Assembly: GCA_041661745.1 (NCBI GenBank)
Contig: JBAZTR010000001.1
Span: forward strand, 252,471-298,305
Length of the DNA stretch: 45,835 bases
DNA from: Patescibacteria group bacterium
Lineage (GTDB): Bacteria > Patescibacteriota > Patescibacteriia > UBA9934 > GWF2-40-263
Direction: 5' to 3'
Part shown: positions 23,592 to 31,386 of the stretch, one piece after another
How the letters are laid out: each line of letters opens with the position of its first letter
Numbering within the stretch: the first letter of the stretch is position 1
Made by a program: the position numbers and the translations under genes
The notes under the pieces: model-generated
Seen by the model: the letters and a program-made list of their open reading frames with translations, nothing else
Databases searched by the model: none
Told to the model about the DNA's origin: nothing

Positions 23592-24042
23592 AAATTTTGA
23601 TCATGTCGAATTTATTAATGTCGAAAAAGTAATACCACCATTTAAGGGGGTTGGCAAGAGCATTTAAATCCGGGACAGAAAGACTATCAACCTCGGCCGC
23701 GGTTAAAGCGTCGCCGTTATTCGAAGGCGAAACTGAATCAAGACCGGAAAGAATAACCACGCTTTCCCCGGGTTTAGATAAGCCTAATTTTATTCTGGCT
23801 TCTTGTTCAATATAAGTTTCGGTTTGAACCGAAGACATAAAGGTTGTTAATTCCGAATTCTCCGCTTCCATGGTCGCTTTTTCGGCCGTCAGTTCGGCAA
23901 TCTCTTGCTGAATAATATAATTGCGAGCAAATTCACGGCCAAAAGAAAAAACCAAAAGCGAAAAAATAACCAAATTGGCAATCAAAAAAGTCCGAGATGA
24001 CAAAAGTCGCGATAAACCTGAACCCTGTCTTAATAACGACAT
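23572..24042 (-). CDS. ftsB: Septum formation initiator FtsB/DivIC family
   Basis: Single TM followed by a coiled coil (IIQQEIAELTAEKATMEAENSEL) and YIEQEARIKLGLSKPGE. Confidence 0.7.
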   Translation of the reverse strand: MSLLRQGSGLSRLLSSRTFLIANLVIFSLLVFSFGREFARNYIIQQEIAELTAEKATMEAENSELTTFMSSVQTETYIEQEARIKLGLSKPGESVVILSGLDSVSPSNNGDALTAAEVDSLSVPDLNALANPLKWWYYFFDINKFDMIKIYGNHST

Positions 24043-24524
24043 ATTTTAATTAGGTCGTTCAAAAGATGATACAGTTCGATCGGACGATGAGTATGACGGA
24101 AAGCTAAATCGGCTCGATCGCCGGCCGTACGCAAATAAATGGTGCCGTAACGAAAAACCGTTGGCCAAAGACCTTTAATATGATAACTGACTTCTTCGAT
24201 GTCTTTCAGTTCGACCTCGGTTACAACACCTTCTAAAAAACCATGCTGGACAAGATCAATAATTCGTTGATCGGTAACGATTAAAACTGTTCGTTGCCAA
24301 GCAAAGTATGACCGCGAAACCATAAAAACGCCCATACCAACCACGACGACAAAAAATAGCACGCCCTCAACGCCGCGTTGAATTAAGGGAACAAGAAAGA
24401 AAAAAGGTGCGGCAATCCAAAAAAACAAAAAAATCCACCAAGGTAAGGCTGGAACAAAATCTTCATGAACAATCTCCAAAATTTTCTCGTTTAAACGGAG
24501 TTTAATTAAACTTTCAGCACCCAT
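24030..24524 (-). CDS. Membrane protein with a bacterial PH (DUF304-like) domain
   Basis: Two TM helices followed by a small beta-rich domain (VTDQRIIDL...YHIKGLWPTVFRYGTIYLRTAG). Confidence 0.45.
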   Translation of the reverse strand: MGAESLIKLRLNEKILEIVHEDFVPALPWWIFLFFWIAAPFFFLVPLIQRGVEGVLFFVVVVGMGVFMVSRSYFAWQRTVLIVTDQRIIDLVQHGFLEGVVTEVELKDIEEVSYHIKGLWPTVFRYGTIYLRTAGDRADLAFRHTHRPIELYHLLNDLIKICRY

Positions 24525-24528
24525 AAAT

Positions 24529-25815
24529 TTACAATCTTTTTAAAGCGTCTCTAGCGGCTTCGCGGTCATCCCAGGGAATGGTTTTTTCATTAGCCACAGC
24601 CATAACTGGTTCACTCCCCTTCCCGGTAATAAGAACCAAATCACCTGTTTCGGCCAAACCAACGGCTTTTTTAAAAGCTTCGGCCCGATCAAGAATTCTA
24701 AACAAATTTTCGCCTTCATGCTTACCTGCTTCAAGCGCACCGGCCGCGACCTGATCAATTATTTCTTGTGGATCGTCATCGTACGGATCCTCGTTCGTCA
24801 CAATAACAATATCGGCTTTTTCCCCGGCCAATTTTCCCAAAAGCGGCCGCCTGGCAACATCACGGCCACCACCGGTTGAACCCAACACGTTAATAATTTT
24901 TTGATGTGGAAGAAGGCGAACAGTTTCGTAAAGAGCGGCCAAAGCTTTAGGCTCAAAGGCATAGTCAACAATAACGGAAAAATTTTGGCCTTCGTTGATT
25001 GTTTCAAGACGGCCAGGCACAGCCTTAACTTTACTCACGACCTCAATTATTTCCTGAACGGAAAAACCAAGAGCTTTCATAATCGTAGCGGCACAAACGG
25101 CGTTATACACGTTGGGTAGGCCGATTGGTTTAATAAAAGCCGGTTTATCCTCCCAATTAAACGCCGAGCCTTCGGCCGACGACTTAACCTCTTCGGTATC
25201 AACATTGAACTCAAACAAATTTCCTTTGGCCAAAGATAAAAAGTACGGGGCAAACTCGTTGTCAATATTGACGACAAACGCCTTGTGGATTACTTTTCCA
25301 TTCAGCTTTTTTTCTGGGGTTTTGGCAACAAACTCAAAAAATTTACCCTTGGCTTTCTTGTAATTTTCAAATCCGCCGTGAGCCTCGACATGCTCGGGCC
25401 ACAAATTGGTAAGAACAGCAACATCAAAATTTATTCCAACATGACGGAATTGGGCTACTCCCTGTGATGAAGTTTCCACAATCGCGTATTCACAACCGGC
25501 CGCCACCATTTGTTTTAATAATTTTTGCGTTTGAAACCGACCGAGCATGGTCATTTTTTTGTCATTGGTCCATTCTTTGTCGCCAACCTTAAAGCTTACT
25601 GTCGAAGCCCAACCGACTTTCTTTCCCGTGGCTTCGAGCATTTGGCCCAGGAACTGAACAGTTGTTGATTTACCCGAGGTGCCGGTGATCCCAATGACAA
25701 TTAATTTATTCGATGGAAACCCAAAAGCCACGGCCGCAAGTTTGGCCAGCGACCAGTGATAAAGCGACAAAAGCGGCGTGGGGACTAATTTTCTGACCGT
25801 TTTTTTTAGGTTCAT
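24529..25815 (-). CDS. murE: Mur ligase family protein, MurE-like, lacking the usual N-terminal domain
   Basis: GITGTSGKSTT P-loop, VETSSQG..FRH, LTNLWPEHVEAHGGFENYKKAKGKFF, GSTGGGRDVARRP...IVTNEDP. Confidence 0.7.
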   Translation of the reverse strand: MNLKKTVRKLVPTPLLSLYHWSLAKLAAVAFGFPSNKLIVIGITGTSGKSTTVQFLGQMLEATGKKVGWASTVSFKVGDKEWTNDKKMTMLGRFQTQKLLKQMVAAGCEYAIVETSSQGVAQFRHVGINFDVAVLTNLWPEHVEAHGGFENYKKAKGKFFEFVAKTPEKKLNGKVIHKAFVVNIDNEFAPYFLSLAKGNLFEFNVDTEEVKSSAEGSAFNWEDKPAFIKPIGLPNVYNAVCAATIMKALGFSVQEIIEVVSKVKAVPGRLETINEGQNFSVIVDYAFEPKALAALYETVRLLPHQKIINVLGSTGGGRDVARRPLLGKLAGEKADIVIVTNEDPYDDDPQEIIDQVAAGALEAGKHEGENLFRILDRAEAFKKAVGLAETGDLVLITGKGSEPVMAVANEKTIPWDDREAARDALKRL

Positions 25816-25871
25816 GCGGGTAAAACATTAATAACCGGGCCAATCAGCCTAGTTGTTAAACGATTATTTTT

Positions 25872-26573
25872 TTAAATAAATTTTAGTGGCAAGATTTTTA
25901 AGACATCCTTCTGGTTATAACCGCGACTTTTTAAAAATTCTAAAAAACTTGAATTAGCACTTTCCCTCTGTTTCGTTCCAGATAACCTTTCAACAAATTC
26001 TTCAGCAATTTCAGGATCAAAATTATCTACTAACTCACCATAAAATAAATCAGACAATTCTTCCGGAACTGATTCAAGAACTGAAAAAAGAGCAGAAAAA
26101 CTAGCTGCTTTTAAAATTTCAATTTTATTTTTTCTTCTCTCTTTTTCCAAAATTCTAGTTTTTTTCGTAGCAGCAGTGTCGGCCGCTATGGCTGCTTTTC
26201 TTTCTTGACTATCTGGACCAAAAATACTGTAGGCCAGTCCTATCGCCCCTTGAAAATCCCCTTTATCCATCGATTCGGTATAAGCTCTTATGCCCACTTC
26301 TCTAGCTTCTTCGGCTGAATATAATGTCTTGCCGGTTTTTGCCCGAGACATAAAAAGAAAAACTTTTTCTAACTCACCTCTGCCTAACAACCGTTCAACC
26401 AAATTCCTAACGGATTCATGAAGTTTTTCTGTTGGAATTTTCATCCTTTCGCCGGTGCTAATTAAAGTACCAAAACCATTTTCGGTCGCTGTAAAGTTTC
26501 CCCAACCGATCTCGTCGTACTCTAGTTTTTTTTCTTCCATTCTAGCCTCCTCTGGAACATATCTTTCCGACAT
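25872..26573 (-). CDS. Hypothetical protein (233 aa)
   Basis: Long ORF in a visibly AT-richer stretch. No motif recognised. Confidence 0.5.
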   Translation of the reverse strand: MSERYVPEEARMEEKKLEYDEIGWGNFTATENGFGTLISTGERMKIPTEKLHESVRNLVERLLGRGELEKVFLFMSRAKTGKTLYSAEEAREVGIRAYTESMDKGDFQGAIGLAYSIFGPDSQERKAAIAADTAATKKTRILEKERRKNKIEILKAASFSALFSVLESVPEELSDLFYGELVDNFDPEIAEEFVERLSGTKQRESANSSFLEFLKSRGYNQKDVLKILPLKFI

Positions 26574-26576
26574 ATT

Positions 26577-28034
26577 TTATTTCAGTTTATTAACCTGCAC
26601 AACAAACTGATCACCACGATCGAATTCGTTTTTAAACATTCCAAACGAAGCTGTACCTGGCGAAAGCAAAACCGTATCGCCTGGCTTAGCCACCTCAGAA
26701 GCGGCTTCAATGGCCGCTTTCATGGAATCAACACGAACACTCGGAATGGTCGTTCCAATAGCCGCGGCAAAATCATTGGCCGCCGTGCCCTCGAATAATA
26801 CAACGAACTTACAAGTGGTCTGAATAGTTTTTCCAAGTGTTTCTATTGGCAAATCTTTTGAAGACCCGCCGGCAATCAAAACAACATTGTGTTGTTTGCC
26901 AAAACGATCGAGAGCGGCGATAGCGCCATCAGGTGAGGTTGCCGTGGTATCGTTGACATAAGTTACCCCATTCAGCTCACGCACCGTCTCCTGACGTCCT
27001 GGCAGGCCACCAAAGGCCTTTAACGCTCCGACAATTGATTGATCTGTTACTCCGGCCACTTTAGCTGCAGCCACAGCGGCTATGGCATTAGCCACATTGT
27101 GTTCACCTTGCAGCTTTATTTCCGAAACAGGAATAATTGTCTGCTCTTGCCCAGCTGTTCTATAAACGATTGAACCATTTTCAACAAAGGTTCCATCAAA
27201 ACCATCCGGCAATTTAGTTTTGGAAAACCATACTTTTTTACCAGGTGATTTATTACCGATTTCTTTTACCTCAGCCTGATCAAAATTAAAGATCCCAACC
27301 TGATCCGCTGCTTGTTTATAAAACAGAGCGGCTTTTGATTCCTTATAAGCTTCAAAGGAGGCGTAACGATTTAAGTGATCGGAAAAAATGTTGGTAAACA
27401 CGGCCACGCCAGGCATGCGTGGAGCGGTAATCATACTGTCGATAAGCCACGAGGACATTTCCAAAACAATCGGCACCGGGGCCGGTTCTTCTAACAACCA
27501 ATCCAAATCCTCAAGTGGCGAGCGTTGAATATTACCGGCCACAACGGTTTTTGGATTATCCAATTTAAACATTTCGCCCAAAAGCGCGGTGGTAGTTGAT
27601 TTACCGCGGGTTCCCGTGATGGCATAAAGAGGAAACTGACAATAACGAAAAAACAAACTCATGTCGCTTTCAATGGAAATATTGTGCTGTTTGGCTAGCT
27701 GAACAAATTCTGATTCACGCGGCACACCAGGATTCTGTACAACTAAGTCAACATCGGTAAAATCATCGGCCCGATGCTCACCCAAAACAAAAACCGGACT
27801 GTAGATATCGCGATCTTTGTATTGCTCTTTATATTTTTCGTACCAACCCATGATTTCGTCAACCGATTCTTTTAGTTCTTCCTTATTCTTCAAATCGGTA
27901 ATGACTATTTGCGCACCGTGGCGCATTAACCATTTGGCGGCCCCAATGCCGCTGCCGTTTTTAAAACGACCAAGACCCATGACCGTAACCACGGCATCTT
28001 GAAAAGTTTTAATGTCGTCGAGATTAATTGGCAT
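26577..28034 (-). CDS. murD: UDP-N-acetylmuramoylalanine--D-glutamate ligase MurD
   Basis: N-terminal Rossmann fold (VMGLGR..GSGIGAAKWL), AITGTRGKSTT, and C-terminal Mur ligase domains. Confidence 0.85.
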   Translation of the reverse strand: MPINLDDIKTFQDAVVTVMGLGRFKNGSGIGAAKWLMRHGAQIVITDLKNKEELKESVDEIMGWYEKYKEQYKDRDIYSPVFVLGEHRADDFTDVDLVVQNPGVPRESEFVQLAKQHNISIESDMSLFFRYCQFPLYAITGTRGKSTTTALLGEMFKLDNPKTVVAGNIQRSPLEDLDWLLEEPAPVPIVLEMSSWLIDSMITAPRMPGVAVFTNIFSDHLNRYASFEAYKESKAALFYKQAADQVGIFNFDQAEVKEIGNKSPGKKVWFSKTKLPDGFDGTFVENGSIVYRTAGQEQTIIPVSEIKLQGEHNVANAIAAVAAAKVAGVTDQSIVGALKAFGGLPGRQETVRELNGVTYVNDTTATSPDGAIAALDRFGKQHNVVLIAGGSSKDLPIETLGKTIQTTCKFVVLFEGTAANDFAAAIGTTIPSVRVDSMKAAIEAASEVAKPGDTVLLSPGTASFGMFKNEFDRGDQFVVQVNKLK

Positions 28035-28040
28035 AATTTA

Positions 28041-28442
28041 TCAAAAAATTCTTTTATGAAGATATGCTAAAGCGGTTATTATGGTTTCATACGCTCCACG
28101 CAGATCTTCTCTTTTCTTTAGTTCACCGAAAGTTCCGCTAAATCTTTTATTTGCCGGAATTTCTTCTGATGACAACATATCTGCTCGATTTCTTAAGACT
28201 GCCGCCTTGTTGTTCAAACTATGAACGTTCATTCGATTCTCATGGTTTTCTACCTTTTTCTGAATCCATGCCAAAATTTCCTCGATGGTTACTAAAACGT
28301 TTTGATCTTCCAATTCTTTTTCTAATTCAACGGTTGAGGTTCCGGCCTCATGATATTTCAATCTTTCTCCGGGAGGAAGAAAATAGTGATCATGAGCAAT
28401 GTATCCCGATTCGTCAGGCCTCAACGAGTCATTCATTTCCAT
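28041..28442 (-). CDS. Hypothetical protein (133 aa)
   Basis: ORF tightly packed between murD and the GT2 gene. No motif recognised. Confidence 0.45.
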   Translation of the reverse strand: MEMNDSLRPDESGYIAHDHYFLPPGERLKYHEAGTSTVELEKELEDQNVLVTIEEILAWIQKKVENHENRMNVHSLNNKAAVLRNRADMLSSEEIPANKRFSGTFGELKKREDLRGAYETIITALAYLHKRIF

Positions 28443-28444
28443 AC

Positions 28445-29113
28445 TTAAAACTGTCTAAATAATCTAGCTAGCCGTATTACTATCATAGCTTTTATTATCT
28501 GAAATGTCATGCGGAAATATTCGCGCAAGCCCCGGCGCCAACCGACCTTCTGATACTTACGGCGAATGGTCAACCCCGGCAGCAAGACCGAACCATAACG
28601 CAACTTTTTGAAACGACAATAATAATTCAAAACAATTTCCACCATAAAACCCTGAGAATATTCCTCGGGGATGGCTAAAAAAATATCCCTGGTCATGGCC
28701 CGCTCACCGCTAATGAGCGGTAGGTAGCGAACAATCGGATTCAGAATACCGCGATCACGTTGGGCCGCGTTCATGGCCCGGCCGCCGGTTATGACCGGCC
28801 AAACCAGGCGTTCAATATGATCAGTGGTAAAACCAACCAAATCAGCGTCAAGAAATAAAATAATCGGCGCGTTGGTATCAAGAACTCCCAAACGCATAGC
28901 CGCGCCTTTGCCGTGATTCTTTTTAAGATCAAGAACTCGCGCCCCGGCCGCTCGTGCGGTTTCGACGGTATTATCGGTTGAACCATCAGACACTACCAAA
29001 ACTTCGTCGACTAATTTTGAAGAACAAGCAACCCGGACAACCTCGGCCACGGTTGCCTCCTCGTTGTAAGCCGGAATTATGGCGGTTATTTTTGGGCGTT
29101 TAACCTCAACCAT
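28445..29113 (-). CDS. Glycosyltransferase family 2
   Basis: IIPAYNEE, VVSDGSTDNT, FLDADL (DxD). Confidence 0.8.
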   Translation of the reverse strand: MVEVKRPKITAIIPAYNEEATVAEVVRVACSSKLVDEVLVVSDGSTDNTVETARAAGARVLDLKKNHGKGAAMRLGVLDTNAPIILFLDADLVGFTTDHIERLVWPVITGGRAMNAAQRDRGILNPIVRYLPLISGERAMTRDIFLAIPEEYSQGFMVEIVLNYYCRFKKLRYGSVLLPGLTIRRKYQKVGWRRGLREYFRMTFQIIKAMIVIRLARLFRQF

Positions 29114-29114
29114 A

Positions 29115-29690
29115 CTATTTTCTCACTAAGCTTATTTGATACATCATTTCTTCCAAAGTGCGAAGATTACGTTTGGCTTGATCGCCTTTTTGGCGAAGCT
29201 CGCCGGTTAAATCAAGTTCAAGAATAAAACCAACCGTGGCTTCGACAACCTCTCGCGCTTTTTCCACGGCCTTAACACTGCCTTTGGTGGCCTGGCGCAC
29301 GGCATATCGGACCAATTCACCTGTAGCATCAGAAAGCGCCCCAAGATAAATATCCGGATCTAAACTGAGGGCTTCGGTATTCTTCCAATCGCCTTTAGTT
29401 AAATAGTTTTGAAAAAGCAAAGCTTCGGCGTATTCCTCCAGCCCGGCATGATACGGTCCCTGCCCGCGCAGTTCCGGATGAGCCTTAGTTTCGTTCACGG
29501 CTTCTATTAAAAGCTTTCTTGCCTCTTTTATAAGCTGCTCGGCCTCGGCCAAGTCTTCACGATGAAGCGCAAAGATAGCTCGTTTAGCAATAGCTGTAGC
29601 ATCGTTGGAAGCATGAAACATCCGCCGACGAGCTTGCGAACAGCCGGCATAACGCTTTTTTACGGCCGAAAGGAAAGAAAGACTTTTCAT
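29115..29690 (-). CDS. Translin-family-like helical protein
   Basis: All-helical. YLGALSDATGELVRYA and LRQKGDQAKRNLRTLEEMMY resemble translin family signatures. Not verified by search. Confidence 0.45.
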   Translation of the reverse strand: MKSLSFLSAVKKRYAGCSQARRRMFHASNDATAIAKRAIFALHREDLAEAEQLIKEARKLLIEAVNETKAHPELRGQGPYHAGLEEYAEALLFQNYLTKGDWKNTEALSLDPDIYLGALSDATGELVRYAVRQATKGSVKAVEKAREVVEATVGFILELDLTGELRQKGDQAKRNLRTLEEMMYQISLVRK

Positions 29691-29721
29691 AAATATTTCT
29701 TAAACATAATACAAGAAAACA

Positions 29722-29749
29722 GACAAAAAAGCCATCGATTGACGGCTTT
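29722..29749 (-). terminator. Terminator downstream of high-GC cassette 2
   Basis: Minus strand reads aaagccgtc-aatc-gatggcttttttg. Confidence 0.65.
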
Positions 29750-29821
29750 ATTGTTTAAGATAATTAAAAGGCCCCGGAGAATGAACTCCGAGACCAAAAC
29801 GAGAATAGCGGCTCGCGACGT

Positions 29822-30469
29822 CTACTCACCCAGCTCGTCGAGGGCCCGACGTGTGGTGTAGCGCGAGATGCCGAGCTTGCGACGCAGGCGCCGGACTTCG
29901 ACAACGGGCCGGCCAACACACTCGGCGATGACCGTGTCGGGCAGGCGGCCGAGAAAGACCTCGACCTTGTTCTCCCAGTTGTTGAAGTCCTCGAGGGCAT
30001 ACTCGATCCCGATCTGGGCGAAGGCCGCCCGGATGTTGCCGAAGTGCACGATGGCCGATCGGTAGATCCCGGCGTGCTGTCTCACGAGCTCCGAGGGACG
30101 GAGAGTCTCCTTCCCACGCAACCTCTCCAAGGTCTGGCAGTTGCAGTAGAAAGGGACCTCGACCCACGTTCCGTGCTGATCGGAACACTTCAACTTGGGA
30201 TCGAAGCGGAAACCGCAGCCGGTGCAGGCGGTGGTGAAGTCGTTGGGATCGTTGTTGAACCCGCGAAGGATCTCCGTCGGGGTCATCCTCCGAGAGCACT
30301 TCGGGCAGACTCCCTTGGGCTTGTACTGCTCGTTGCGGAGATCGCCGATCAGCTGCAGGCGAAGGCCGAAGATGTGCGCCTGGACCTGGTGGGCTCGCTG
30401 TGCCAGGGAGAGACGCGGCTCCAGTCTCTGTTCGTGCCGCAAACCAAGACCCATGGAAAGACTGGGCAT
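29822..30469 (-). CDS. Hypothetical protein of high-GC cassette 2 (215 aa; Cys4 zinc ribbon plus C-terminal HTH-like segment)
   Basis: ATG at 30469 lies 6 nt after GGAG. CPKC...CTGC knuckles. The C-terminal LPDTVIAECVGRPVVEVRRLRRKLGI looks like a helix-turn-helix. GC-rich third positions. The other frames and strand give R/P-rich nonsense. Confidence 0.6.
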   Translation of the reverse strand: MPSLSMGLGLRHEQRLEPRLSLAQRAHQVQAHIFGLRLQLIGDLRNEQYKPKGVCPKCSRRMTPTEILRGFNNDPNDFTTACTGCGFRFDPKLKCSDQHGTWVEVPFYCNCQTLERLRGKETLRPSELVRQHAGIYRSAIVHFGNIRAAFAQIGIEYALEDFNNWENKVEVFLGRLPDTVIAECVGRPVVEVRRLRRKLGISRYTTRRALDELGE

Positions 30470-30543
30470 GTTCAACTCCATTCAACGTTGATGAGGGGAT
30501 GCTACACGGCTCGTGTAGTAGAGTCTGCTTCAAGCAGCGTTTG

Positions 30544-30572
30544 AATCTAACAAAAAAAACAAAAAAAGTCAA
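30544..30572 (-). promoter_or_regulatory. Promoter of cassette 2
   Basis: Minus strand has TTGACT (30572-30567), a 17-nt spacer and TAGATT (30549-30544), with TGt upstream of the -10. It shares a ~25-nt block with the cassette 3 promoter. Confidence 0.55.
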
Positions 30573-30575
30573 GGA

Positions 30576-30610
30576 TAAACAAAAGACCCCCGTTGTAAAA
30601 CGGGGGTGGT
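30576..30610 (-). terminator. Hairpin terminator immediately upstream of the cassette 2 promoter
   Basis: Minus strand reads ccacccccg-ttttacaa-cgggggtcttttgttt. Confidence 0.65.
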
Positions 30611-30642
30611 AGATATGTTTAAAAAATACACTTACTAACAAG

Positions 30643-30768
30643 AAAAACCCTTTTAAATTTTTTCAGGACAAGGAACGGGTGTCAGACGAGGAGGCGTACC
30701 ATTTAGGTACGACGACGAAGTCAGACAGGACCCATGACGCAGTCCTGGGAAAATTTAGAAGGGTTTTT
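30643..30768 (-). other. ~126-nt long imperfect inverted-repeat element forming the trailer of tRNA-Lys (candidate sRNA or MITE-like element)
   Basis: Terminal inverted repeats aaaaaccctt (30643-30652) and aagggttttt (30759-30768). Internal caggac/gtcctg words (three copies), a gtacc-taaat-ggtac hairpin and a direct repeat gtctgac x2. Starts 3 nt after the CCA end of the tRNA. Confidence 0.4.
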
Positions 30769-30770
30769 CA

Positions 30771-30845
30771 TGGTGCGCTGGGAGGGGATCGGACCCTCGA
30801 CCTCGGGCTTAAAAGGCCCTCGCTCTACCACTGAGCTACCAGCGC
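30771..30845 (-). tRNA. tRNA-Lys (anticodon UUU), CCA encoded
   Basis: Reverse complement: gcgctgg-ta-gctcagtggtagagc-g-agggc-ctTTTaa-gcccg-aggtc-gaggg-tccgatc-ccctc-ccagcgc-ACCA. Confidence 0.85.
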
Positions 30846-31072
30846 AAATTCTGGTACTGGTAGCGAAGTGGTAATTATACCACTGCCCCGCCGTCGTTGG
30901 ACTTTGGCGGGGTCCCGCCATAGGCCTCCGAAGGCGGGAAGCTACCAGCGCAAATTCTGGTACTGGTAGCGAAGTGGTAATTATACCACTGCCCCGCCGT
31001 CGTTGGACTTTGGCGGGACGAGGTCCACCGAAGTTCGCCTCGAACGAAGGTGGAAGCTACCAGCGCATATTG
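30835..31072 (-). repeat. Tandem repeat (106 + 115 + partial 17 nt) duplicating the tRNA-Lys 5' end, its leader, an extended -10 promoter and GC-rich repeat copies C and D
   Basis: A 77-nt block gctaccagcgcaaattctggtactggtagcgaagtggtaattataccactgccccgccgtcgttggactttggcggg is identical at 30835 and 30941. A third gctaccagcgca begins at 31056. Confidence 0.9.
30874..30882 (-). promoter_or_regulatory. Extended -10 promoter (TGgTATAAT) of tRNA-Lys, with a duplicate copy at 30980-30988
   Basis: Minus strand reads agTGgTATAAT. The hexamer ends 28 nt upstream of the tRNA 5' end. An identical copy lies 106 nt further upstream. Confidence 0.5.
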
Positions 31073-31133
31073 CGGCGATATAATAGCGCCTTTCTCTATA
31101 CTTGACAAGATCCACGGTTTATCCACAAAAAGG

Positions 31134-31161
31134 TTGACGCATTTTTTGATTTAACTATAAT
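31134..31161 (+). promoter_or_regulatory. Promoter of the small zinc-ribbon gene
   Basis: TTGACG (31134-31139), 16-nt spacer, TATAAT (31156-31161). Confidence 0.55.
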
Positions 31162-31196
31162 TTCCAAAGGCCTTAAAAAATAATCTATCCAACACT

Positions 31197-31337
31197 ATGG
31201 AGATGGGTACATGCGTCGGCTGTGGAGCCGAAGAAACCGAAATCAACGAAGATGGTTACTGTACCGACTGTGCCGCGCTTGAAGGTGAGGCAACAAAAGG
31301 TGAGAGTGACGAAGAAACCACCGAAGAAGAAGGTTAA
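31197..31337 (+). CDS. Small (46 aa) zinc-ribbon protein with an acidic tail
   Basis: MEMGTCVGCGAEETEINEDGYCTDCAALEGEATKGESDEETTEEEG has a CxxC-x12-CxxC pattern. It is bracketed by a consensus promoter and a strong terminator. It is below the size cutoff of the ORF track, and the listed antisense ORF 31185..31424 is spurious. No SD. Confidence 0.5.
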   Translation: MEMGTCVGCGAEETEINEDGYCTDCAALEGEATKGESDEETTEEEG

Positions 31338-31340
31338 TTT

Positions 31341-31376
31341 AAAAACCACCCCGAGCTTGTCGAGGGGTGGTTTTTG
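31341..31376. terminator. Bidirectional terminator (small gene / murG)
   Basis: aaaaaccacccc-gagcttgtcga-ggggtggttttt. Confidence 0.75.
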
Positions 31377-31386
31377 ATTTAAAAGC

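Noticed and set aside
30400-30469. The N-terminus of the cassette 2 protein (MGLGLRHEQRLEPRLSLAQRAHQVQ) resembles sigma-54 region I ([21 protein letters not shown]).
   Set aside because: It is only a loose L/Q/R periodicity over about 20 residues. The protein is far too short and lacks a core-binding domain or RpoN box. Not supportable without a profile search.
30835-31072. Possible CRISPR array (regularly spaced identical blocks).
   Set aside because: There are only 2.2 units. The identical part is 77 nt and includes tRNA sequence and a promoter. The variable parts are themselves related hairpins, and no cas genes are present.
30721-31126. ORFs 30721..30921 and 30875..31126 with the repeated peptide SRQSPTTAGQWYNYHFATSTRICAGS.
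   Set aside because: They are translations of tRNA-Lys and its tandem repeat units, not genes.
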